From an uncultured Gammaproteobacteria bacterium (lineage in GTDB: Bacteria; Patescibacteriota; Microgenomatia; Daviesbacterales; UBA10151): a stretch of 32,000 nucleotides of DNA. Of the stretch, positions 14,287 through 20,829 are shown piece by piece. Position numbers and translations under genes: made by a program. The notes beneath the pieces were generated by a model. The model ran no database searches, had not been told where the DNA came from, and saw only the letters and a list, made by a program, of their open reading frames with translations. The DNA lies in contig CAYHYM010000003.1 of assembly GCA_964360965.1 (NCBI GenBank), positions 30,001-62,000 of the forward strand, read 5' to 3'. How positions within the stretch are numbered: position 1 is the stretch's first letter; each line of letters starts with the position of its first letter.

Positions 14287-14288
14287 AC

Positions 14289-14618
14289 CTATTTGACCTT
14301 TTTTACCTCCTTTAAATCCTTATACATTTGAGTCACCAGTTCATCTGCCACTTTTTTAATTCTTTCTTCCACATTCTCTATTTTCTCTTTTAAAAACTTA
14401 AGTAATTTTTCATCTTCAGGATTTTCATGCAATAATTTTAAAAATAATTTTTTATCTTGCGTCTTTAAATTAGATAAAATTTCATCCAAAATGGCATGAT
14501 ATATTGATGAATCCAAAAGATTTGTCAAATGGTGTTTTTCTTCATCTGATAAATCCAGAAGGTGGAGTTCTGCCAAGATTGGATCAATGACAATAATTTT
14601 TTGATAAAAATAAATCAT
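14289..14618 (-). CDS. hypothetical 109-aa charged helical protein
   Basis: It shares an ATGA start/stop overlap with the upstream gene, and its stop lies 2 nt from the secF start. It is Lys/Glu/Leu-rich with no clear TM. I recognise no family, and it is not YajC-like. Confidence 0.55.
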   Translation of the reverse strand: MIYFYQKIIVIDPILAELHLLDLSDEEKHHLTNLLDSSIYHAILDEILSNLKTQDKKLFLKLLHENPEDEKLLKFLKEKIENVEERIKKVADELVTQMYKDLKEVKKVK

Positions 14619-15502
14619 ATTATCTTGGGTCCCAAAGGAACTTGATCCTGCGGGTCATCAATAAAAAAATAAAATACCGGACCTTGTCTCGGACCGGATG
14701 CCAATCCTAAATAATGCATCACCTCGGGTGATCCGCCTAAGTGTTTGCCGGTCCACTCGGCAGGTCCGGCATCCCCCACCACCGCCACCACAGCCTGTCC
14801 TGTTTTGGCATTTACCACCAGCATTTTTCTAAATTTAAAAAAATCTCTATATTTGTCAACATTCTCGGCAAAACCCGGAGCAAGGAAGGTTTGAACTGCC
14901 AAATAATATTTTTCCCTCATTTTGTCTTTTTCGGAAAATTCTGATTCTGTCGGGGTAAAATATCCCCAGGCTCCCAGAGCGGGCGCAATGCCGGATGATC
15001 CATACATGGCCCATTCAGTAAAATTTTGCGCATGTTTGTATAAATTATCACCGGGAAAACGATAAAGATGCTGCTCTCCTCCAATAATACCATAACTTCT
15101 GTTAAGCCTTATTCCCTCCAAAAAGGCACTCACTCTCAAGTTAAAATTTTTTGAAAGAATATCCTCCACTTCTTTTTCCTCATCATTTGTTAAAGATTTA
15201 GCATCTTTGGGGATTCCAAAAAGTTGCCGGGCAACTTTTTGGTTTTCATCAATTTGTGCTGTAATGTGCTGGTTGGGTAAAAGTAAAGGAGGCTGGGATA
15301 AATAACCTACCGGTTGAGCAAGAAGCATCAAAGACCCCAGTGATGAAACTGCCAGCTGTCTTACGGGGATGCTTTTAGTTAACCAGTCAAGAGAACTTTT
15401 GTGTTTTTCCCAAACTTTATTTTGGATAGCCCGATGACGACCGGTCCATCTTTTCTTTAAATATTCATAATGTGGCCTTTTAGATATAAATTTCCTTGTC
15501 AT
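14615..15502 (-). CDS. hypothetical 295-aa single-pass membrane protein; the C-terminal block weakly resembles RlpA/3D-type double-psi beta-barrel domains
   Basis: It has a basic N-terminal tail and one TM (LAVSSLGSLMLLAQPVG). The block KMLVVNAKTGQAVVAVVGDAGPAEWTGKHLGGSPEVMHYLGL recalls the V.V.N..G..V.V.V.D.GP.....DLS......LG pattern; this is a memory-based, weak match. Its start overlaps the secD stop by 1 nt. Confidence 0.55.
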   Translation of the reverse strand: MTRKFISKRPHYEYLKKRWTGRHRAIQNKVWEKHKSSLDWLTKSIPVRQLAVSSLGSLMLLAQPVGYLSQPPLLLPNQHITAQIDENQKVARQLFGIPKDAKSLTNDEEKEVEDILSKNFNLRVSAFLEGIRLNRSYGIIGGEQHLYRFPGDNLYKHAQNFTEWAMYGSSGIAPALGAWGYFTPTESEFSEKDKMREKYYLAVQTFLAPGFAENVDKYRDFFKFRKMLVVNAKTGQAVVAVVGDAGPAEWTGKHLGGSPEVMHYLGLASGPRQGPVFYFFIDDPQDQVPLGPKII

Positions 15503-16761
15503 CAGGTCCTTATAATCAATCTTAAAAATGTTCTAGTTACCACATAGGCCGTAAAAATGGACACCAAAACTCCAATTGAAAGAGTGATGGCGAAACCGCG
15601 AACCAGTGATGTACCAAAATAATAAAGGATGGCAGCAGTAATTAAAGAAGAAACATTGGAAGCCCAAATTGAGACCCAGGCTCTTTTAAAACCCAACTCC
15701 ATTGCCATAGTTTTACTTTTCCCCCACCGTATCTCTTCTTTTATTCTCTCAAATATTAAAATATTGGCATCAACAGCCATTCCTACGGACAGAATAAATC
15801 CCGCAATACCGGCCAGTGTTAAAGTTACCGGAGGCAGAATAAAAAAACCGCTTTTAAAAATTGCCAAAACTAAAAGTGCATAAATTAAGAGGGCAAAATC
15901 TGCTACCATTCCCAAAACACCATAATATAGCCCCATATAAATCACCACCACAGAAAGACCGATCGCACCAGCTATAAAACTATTCTTGACAGATTCTGCT
16001 CCTAAAGTTGGACCAATAAATCTTTGCTCAATTATTTTAATTGGCACAGGCAGCGCTCCGGCATTGAGCTGGATACTCAAATCACGAGCTTCTTGGGTGG
16101 TAAATTGTCCGGTAATAACAGCAGACCCTCCCACTATTTCCTGCTGTACCACCGGAGCGGATACCAGTTGATCATCCAGAAAAATAGCCAATGGTTTGCC
16201 CAAATTTTTCTTGGTAATTTGGGCAAACTTCTCAGAGCCCTCTTGAGTAAATTCAATTGCTACCTGTGGCCCTGCTGCCGACCCCTGACCTGACCCAAAA
16301 GTAACCTGAGCCTTTTTTAAATCTGCTCCTGTTAATCCTGTTGGTGTAAACAGCAATGGGATAGCTGAATCAGTTGATTGCCCGGAGGCAGTGGCTGGTA
16401 ATTCCCGAAAATCCAGTTGTGCAGTTCTACCAACCAACTTTGCTGCTGAAGACGCATCTTTTAATCCCGGAAGTTCAACTAAAATTCTCCTATCCCCCGA
16501 AACTTTGGAAGTTTGAACAACAGCCTCTGTTACCCCAAATAAATTAACTCTTTTTTCAATTACCTCTCTGGCAGACTCCAAAGCGGATTCATAATCTTTG
16601 GGGTCAATTTTCCCCATATCAGTTAAAAGAATCATCTGTATACCACCCTTAAGATCAAGCCCCAATTTTAATGGAAAATTAAAAGATAACTTGGGAATGT
16701 TAATAAATATAGCAAAAACAGTAGCAGTAATAATGATCAATAAACTTAACCTGAGATTCAT
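15502..16761 (-). CDS. secD: protein translocase subunit SecD
   Basis: 419 aa. N-terminal TM, a large periplasmic domain (LGLDLKGG) and a C-terminal six-TM block with FERIKEE. Confidence 0.9.
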   Translation of the reverse strand: MNLRLSLLIIITATVFAIFINIPKLSFNFPLKLGLDLKGGIQMILLTDMGKIDPKDYESALESAREVIEKRVNLFGVTEAVVQTSKVSGDRRILVELPGLKDASSAAKLVGRTAQLDFRELPATASGQSTDSAIPLLFTPTGLTGADLKKAQVTFGSGQGSAAGPQVAIEFTQEGSEKFAQITKKNLGKPLAIFLDDQLVSAPVVQQEIVGGSAVITGQFTTQEARDLSIQLNAGALPVPIKIIEQRFIGPTLGAESVKNSFIAGAIGLSVVVIYMGLYYGVLGMVADFALLIYALLVLAIFKSGFFILPPVTLTLAGIAGFILSVGMAVDANILIFERIKEEIRWGKSKTMAMELGFKRAWVSIWASNVSSLITAAILYYFGTSLVRGFAITLSIGVLVSIFTAYVVTRTFLRLIIRT

Positions 16762-16764
16762 TTA

Positions 16765-17352
16765 CTAAACAATCACACCTTCTAAAAGTTCCTCCTCGCT
16801 TCCAAAAAGCATTATTTTGGGCTGGACCACAACCCGCAGAATAAACGGATCTCTTCTACGCACCCTAAAACGAAACTCTTCCTCATTCATCACCGAATAG
16901 TTAACCTCAGCTTCTTTTTTGGCCTGCTCATCAGAAATGATGGATTGAAGTTCTGCCAGCACGACCTGACCAACTACCAAAAGATCAATATCTTCAGAAC
17001 CTGCAGGTTTTCCCTGTAAAAAACGGGTTGAAATAAAGACAAATTTTATTTTGCCCAGTTTATTTTTGTTTTTTATAATGTTTCCGCCCAAACCAGTTGT
17101 TTTGGCTGCCAGGCTTAAAAGCTCATTATAAAAAATATAATCCTTGCGAAAACGATATAACCTTCTGTTGGCCCGCCACTCAGATGTAACCATGCCATAT
17201 TTCTCCATTCTGGCAAGTTCACGCCTGACTGCGTTAATCTCCTCTTGAGTGCGCCTGACTATCTCTCTGACATGAAAAAGCTGATCTTGGTGAGATAAAA
17301 ACAACTGCAATATTTTCACCCTAACACGGGAGACAAAAAGTTCTTCTAGCAT
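16765..17352 (-). CDS. winged-helix (ArsR-like) transcriptional regulator with a C-terminal nucleotidyltransferase-like segment
   Basis: The N-terminus SRVRVKILQLFL....HVREIVRRTQEEINAVRRELARMEKYGMV fits a wHTH. The C-terminal DIDLLVVG resembles a minimal NTase motif. SD GGAGGTG (17369-17363) lies 10 nt upstream. Confidence 0.6.
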   Translation of the reverse strand: MLEELFVSRVRVKILQLFLSHQDQLFHVREIVRRTQEEINAVRRELARMEKYGMVTSEWRANRRLYRFRKDYIFYNELLSLAAKTTGLGGNIIKNKNKLGKIKFVFISTRFLQGKPAGSEDIDLLVVGQVVLAELQSIISDEQAKKEAEVNYSVMNEEEFRFRVRRRDPFILRVVVQPKIMLFGSEEELLEGVIV

Positions 17353-17379
17353 TTATTTTCACCACCTCCCTGAGCAGTT

Positions 17380-18594
17380 TTAATAACTTATCTTTGCGCC
17401 TTCCGGCACAGTCTGAATCCAAATCTGACCAGGATTAAATTCTATTTCCTTACCATTGCTACTGACAAATTTAGTTCTATCTACTCTTTTATTTTTAACC
17501 CATTTACCTTCTATCGCAACACCGTCTTGAAAAATTAAAGCTTTACCAGTTCCTGTTGTACCATAAAGTAAATGGATATTGCCCGGATATCCGTCATTGG
17601 CATTTGCCTCCCTCTGAAATTGAACAACTATATTTTTGGCTGCAAGCTGACGCTTATTGTTTAAATCAGTTTGTTCTATACCGCCATTTTTTCTTTTATA
17701 AGAATTTGAGACAGCATCATAAATCCACTCCACACCATATTCACCCTGTCCTTCCCAGAAACTGACTGTAATTTTACTTATTTGCCCTTTAGTCTCTTGT
17801 GGTGAGCGTACTTGTACTGAGCTTGTCGAAGTAGTCGAACCATTAAACTTCCAAGGTACATAATTTTTGTCCCAGGAATCTCCATCCTCATCTTTTTCTA
17901 CCCACCCTCTTTTGGCTGCTGTCTCCCACAGCTTTTGGGTGGTGGAATACATGGTATGTTCTGTTGCCACCGGATGACCCAGTCTTTGATAATCCCTCCA
18001 AAAAATAGGAAAACCAATGCTAAATTGATTTAAATCTTTGATTTTATATGCAATAATTTGAGAAAGCGCATCTGCCGGACCTGGGGTATTTGCTCCGCCA
18101 ACATGGGCATATAAAGCATCATATTCTGAAAGCCAGTCCAGATAATAAGTCCGAGCAGATCTGACCGGTCCCACCTGAATATCAGACAAACGACAGTAAA
18201 AAATAGCCATAAATCTGGTAATTCCACCTTCTGCCACCGCCTCATAAATAATATCTGCAGAGGATAATCCTGATTGAGGTCTGGCCTCTGAGTGATTTTC
18301 AATCATTATTGCCAAGGGCCTTCTTTTCTCCCAAGCCTCTTTAGCCGCCTTGGTATGTAGACTGCCATTTAAAGGACATTTTTCTGTTTTTGGCTCTTTT
18401 TCATCTTCTTCAACAACGCTTGAGGGTCCCGGCAAAGAACTGATTAGCTCTCCGTTTAATGAGGGTGAGGTAGAGGAGAATACCGAATAAGAAAGTGTGG
18501 CGGAGGCACCGTAAATAAAAATTGATAAAATTATACCTACCAAAATCTGCTGCAGTTTAGTTAATTTTTGAAATGTTTCCAAAATACTGTTCAT
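17380..18594 (-). CDS. DUF3048 (YerB-like) secreted/lipoprotein-type protein
   Basis: N-terminal TM/signal, then RPLAIMIENHSEARPQSGLSSADIIYEAVAEGGITRFMAIF, the hallmark DUF3048 block as I remember it. Confidence 0.75.
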   Translation of the reverse strand: MNSILETFQKLTKLQQILVGIILSIFIYGASATLSYSVFSSTSPSLNGELISSLPGPSSVVEEDEKEPKTEKCPLNGSLHTKAAKEAWEKRRPLAIMIENHSEARPQSGLSSADIIYEAVAEGGITRFMAIFYCRLSDIQVGPVRSARTYYLDWLSEYDALYAHVGGANTPGPADALSQIIAYKIKDLNQFSIGFPIFWRDYQRLGHPVATEHTMYSTTQKLWETAAKRGWVEKDEDGDSWDKNYVPWKFNGSTTSTSSVQVRSPQETKGQISKITVSFWEGQGEYGVEWIYDAVSNSYKRKNGGIEQTDLNNKRQLAAKNIVVQFQREANANDGYPGNIHLLYGTTGTGKALIFQDGVAIEGKWVKNKRVDRTKFVSSNGKEIEFNPGQIWIQTVPEGAKISY

Positions 18595-18603
18595 GTTAAA
18601 TTT

Positions 18604-19077
18604 CTAATTTTTTAAAGCTTCTTTAACCACCTGATCTTCCTCCTCTGAAAACTGGTATTTATAAGCTTTACCAAGCTTTACAGATTTGGCAAAAACTCTG
18701 GTTTCTGATCTGGAATGAAGGCTGGTTATAACTATCCCTGATCCTTCATTATCTAAAAAGACAACTGAAAAACTCATATTCCCTCCAGTATCATCATAAG
18801 GGTTGTAGCGCAAAAGTGCCACCTTTTGAATATGTTCCAATCCATCTTTTTCCAATCTTTCCAAAGTTCCCTTGATCTCATCAATACCCTTACCAAAACC
18901 CTCTACTTCTTTTAAAACTTCTTCAAACTTTTTTCTAACATCCCGTTCACCACTCTTTGGAAAAAGAGATTTTAAAAAATTCCTTTGCTGCCATGCCAAA
19001 ATTGTCAAAACCGTAAGCCATATAAAAACTGCCACTGGCAGCAGCCATCCGGCAAAGTCGAACCAATCCGAATACAT
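18604..19077 (-). CDS. DUF4446 family protein
   Basis: 157 aa. N-terminal TM, a coiled segment, then LLRYNPYDDTGGNMSFSVVFLDNEGSGIVITSLHSRSETRVFAKSV, the DUF4446 core pattern. A TTGACA-18-TATATT promoter lies upstream. Confidence 0.7.
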   Translation of the reverse strand: MYSDWFDFAGWLLPVAVFIWLTVLTILAWQQRNFLKSLFPKSGERDVRKKFEEVLKEVEGFGKGIDEIKGTLERLEKDGLEHIQKVALLRYNPYDDTGGNMSFSVVFLDNEGSGIVITSLHSRSETRVFAKSVKLGKAYKYQFSEEEDQVVKEALKN

Positions 19078-19090
19078 AAGTTACTCTTTT

Positions 19091-19120
19091 AATATAACTT
19101 ATGAGTACAATTGTTGTCAA
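19091..19120 (-). promoter_or_regulatory. DUF4446 gene promoter TTGACA-18-TATATT
   Basis: On the minus strand, TTGACA lies at 19120-19115 and TATATT at 19096-19091, 13 nt before the ATG. It directly abuts the P3-like repeat. Confidence 0.5.
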
Positions 19121-19157
19121 CTACGTTCATGTAAACGTTCATGTAAACTGAACATAG
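19121..19157 (-). repeat. copy of the RNase P RNA P3-position hairpin (24/25 identical) with a 12-nt internal tandem duplication
   Basis: The plus strand reads CTACGTTCATGTAAAC[GTTCATGTAAAC]TGAACATAG. The reverse complement of rnpB 22426-22450 is CTACGTTCATGTAAACTGAACGTAG. Confidence 0.8.
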
Positions 19158-19176
19158 TCAATCAAGTAAAATTTAA

Positions 19177-19202
19177 CACCTCGGAGGTGGACTCTAACTC
19201 CT
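19177..19202. repeat. class 1 element (short form), intergenic
   Basis: CACCTCGGAGGTGGACTCTAACTCC. The left end is identical to the miaA copy (CACCTCGGAGGTGG). ACTCTAACTCC is comparable to the aspS CTCTGACTCC. Confidence 0.7.
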
Positions 19203-19203
19203 A

Positions 19204-19740
19204 TCAGAAAGTGACTAAGATTGGGCAAAAAACTAAATAGGTTCTTAAACTATCAATAGCCTTCGTAATTCTTTCAATAGTGAAATAAAATCTTTTACCT
19301 TTCCAGGGATCAATAATCACAATTTTATCTCCAATCATTTTCTCAACTAACACAAAATGTGGAGCATGTACACTATGTCTTAAGTAATATATGTCTAAGT
19401 GTAAAATAAATAATTTTTGCTTATGAATTATTTTCTGAATAAAGGGAATATTAATTCTTTGAAATTCTATCTCAAGCTTTCGATTAACAGGTAGATTTTT
19501 TAAGACTTTAGTGAAATATTTGTTACCTACCCATACTTTCAAGGGAAGATTAAATTTTGTTGAGAACTCATTTAAAATACCTATATGGTAAATCTCTCTC
19601 GCAAACAGTATTCCTTTAAACAAAAGTTCTTGTTCATCCTCCAGCTTAAAACTGGTTCCTTTTATGTAAGATAACCACATCAGCAAACAGGCAGGAAGAC
19701 AACTTTCGCAGGTGGTCTGTTTATAGGGAATAATTCTCAT
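19204..19740 (-). CDS. stand-alone peptidase C39-like (papain-fold cysteine peptidase) domain protein
   Basis: 178 aa. KQTTCESCLPACLLMWL fits Q-x5-C-x2-A-x-L-x-M of C39 domains. APHFVLVEKMIGDKIVIIDPWKG fits the His...DP block. There is no fused ABC transporter. Confidence 0.55.
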   Translation of the reverse strand: MRIIPYKQTTCESCLPACLLMWLSYIKGTSFKLEDEQELLFKGILFAREIYHIGILNEFSTKFNLPLKVWVGNKYFTKVLKNLPVNRKLEIEFQRINIPFIQKIIHKQKLFILHLDIYYLRHSVHAPHFVLVEKMIGDKIVIIDPWKGKRFYFTIERITKAIDSLRTYLVFCPILVTF

Positions 19741-19746
19741 AAAGAT

Positions 19747-19755
19747 AACTTAGCA
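19747..19755 (-). promoter_or_regulatory. extended -10 TGCTAAGTT, 6 nt before the C39-like gene ATG
   Basis: The minus strand reads ATGCTAAGTTATCTTTATG. Confidence 0.45.
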
Positions 19756-19802
19756 TTTAAAAATTATTAAACAAGCCCCAAAATTTAGGTTCAAATTGCA
19801 AC

Positions 19803-19830
19803 TTGCATATAAATATTTAAATGCTATACT
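19803..19830 (+). promoter_or_regulatory. candidate promoter TTGCAT-16-TATACT for the 104-aa gene
   Basis: Read directly. It would give a leader of about 60 nt ending in GGAGGTG. Confidence 0.4.
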
Positions 19831-19895
19831 CCTTCCACTTTGAATATAAAAAAATGAAATTTTTATAAATTCAAAGTTAAAAGGAGGTGAAAAAT

Positions 19896-20210
19896 ATGTC
19901 AGCAGAAAATTCTCCTGAGCATAGTCAATTGATAGAATTTGACGTAGCGTTGCCAGAGAATCTAACACTTGGCTCTGACATAATAATTCAATTACTTGAT
20001 AGATACTCACATGTATGCGTAGAATACTGGACATATATAAATAGACCAGCACAAGTACACTTTGGTTTAGGAGATGCTGTTTCGAGTATCCAATCTGATG
20101 CTGCACATGTGGCAAGCGTAGAAGAATTAGGAAAAGTTTTAGAAATAATTGGCTTACAGCCGCAGGCCCAAGAAATTTATAATAGGATTGGAGTTGAATT
20201 TAAGAGATAG
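19896..20210 (+). CDS. hypothetical 104-aa acidic cytoplasmic protein
   Basis: A perfect SD GGAGGTG (19883-19889) lies 6 nt before ATG 19896; the track used GTG 19887. I recognise no family. It is divergent from the C39-like gene. Confidence 0.6.
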   Translation: MSAENSPEHSQLIEFDVALPENLTLGSDIIIQLLDRYSHVCVEYWTYINRPAQVHFGLGDAVSSIQSDAAHVASVEELGKVLEIIGLQPQAQEIYNRIGVEFKR

Positions 20211-20287
20211 TATATCTCCTAGTACTTTTCTCAGCCATACTAATAGTTTTTCAACAAAAATCCCATAGTTTTAGCCTCATTTGGTGC

Positions 20288-20329
20288 TTGACAGGCATGT
20301 GGGCTTATGATAGGCTCACACTAGGCTCA
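20288..20329 (+). promoter_or_regulatory. candidate promoter TTGACA-17-TAGGCT plus the direct repeat TAGGCTCA-N3-TAGGCTCA
   Basis: TTGACA lies at 20288-20293 and TAGGCT at 20311-20316. The repeat units lie at 20311-20318 and 20322-20329, directly before ATG 20334. Confidence 0.4.
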
Positions 20330-20333
20330 AATT

Positions 20334-20615
20334 ATGGCTATCCTTCAAACCAAAAAACAATCTGATTTAGAAAAACGCCTTAAGTTTCTTCGCCAACAAA
20401 TCTATGGTCGGGAATCAGTAGCTAGTAACAAGCAGTATGTAGTAAGTGAAGAAATGACACCAAAAAATACCCATACTACCAACCTACTTACTGATGTAAC
20501 CTATCTTAAGGGTGATCTTGCCAAAATTTCTCTTTTAGCAAGTGCAGCCTTGGGCATGCAGATCCTACTATACTTTCTGATGAAAAATCATATTTTAAAT
20601 TTTATCAAAATTTGA
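20334..20615 (+). CDS. hypothetical 93-aa protein with a C-terminal TM helix (tail-anchored topology)
   Basis: ORF with a hydrophilic N-terminal 60 aa and a C-terminal ISLLASAALGMQILLYFLM segment. A TTGACA-17-TAGGCT promoter lies upstream and there is no SD. Confidence 0.5.
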   Translation: MAILQTKKQSDLEKRLKFLRQQIYGRESVASNKQYVVSEEMTPKNTHTTNLLTDVTYLKGDLAKISLLASAALGMQILLYFLMKNHILNFIKI

Positions 20616-20632
20616 AGGGAGGTGATAAAAAT

Positions 20633-20770
20633 ATGCAGATGTATTGTGTTAAATGCCGCACCAAAAGAGACGCTGAAGATGTCCAACAGGTCACTATGAA
20701 AAATGGCAAAAAAGCCAGCAAGGGTCGTTGTCCTGTTTGCAGCACTTCAATGTTTAGAATTGGCGGCTAA
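20633..20770 (+). CDS. DUF5679-type zinc-ribbon small protein (45 aa)
   Basis: Not in the track because it is shorter than 60 aa. It encodes MQMYCVKCRTKRDAEDVQQVTMKNGKKASKGRCPVCSTSMFRIGG, with a CxxC...CxxC ribbon and the MKNG...KG.CP.C...MFRIG pattern of DUF5679. SD GGGAGGTG (20617-20624) lies 8 nt upstream. Confidence 0.75.
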   Translation: MQMYCVKCRTKRDAEDVQQVTMKNGKKASKGRCPVCSTSMFRIGG

Positions 20771-20803
20771 TTACTTGGTGATTTGTTCACCATTTCTAAA
20801 AAG

Positions 20804-20829
20804 TCCTCCAAAATGTTGGGGGATTTTTT
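20804..20829. terminator. bidirectional intrinsic terminator between the DUF5679 gene and comM
   Basis: TCCTCCAA-AATG-TTGGGGGA is followed by TTTTTT on the plus strand. The complementary hairpin on the minus strand is followed by CTTTTT. Confidence 0.6.

Noticed and set aside
17795-17841. GC-rich stretch in the DUF3048 gene (GGTGAGCGTACTTGTACTGAGCTTGTCGAAGTAGTCGAACC, read as STTSTSSVQVRSP), considered as another in-frame element
   Set aside because: It contains only a short direct repeat (GTCGAA twice) and no convincing hairpin or terminal match to the other classes. It may simply be a Ser/Thr linker.
19750-20115. 121-aa minus-strand ORF
   Set aside because: It overlaps the promoter spacer and the plus-strand 104-aa gene, which has a perfect GGAGGTG-6 nt-ATG. 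The minus ORF has no initiation signal and an implausible composition.
19204-20770. Classical class II bacteriocin locus (C39 peptidase plus precursor plus immunity)
   Set aside because: None of the small ORFs has a double-glycine leader (…GG/GA cleavage motif after a 15-25 aa leader). There is no ABC exporter or accessory protein adjacent. The ABC genes at 27.2-29.8 kb are an unrelated ABC-2 system.
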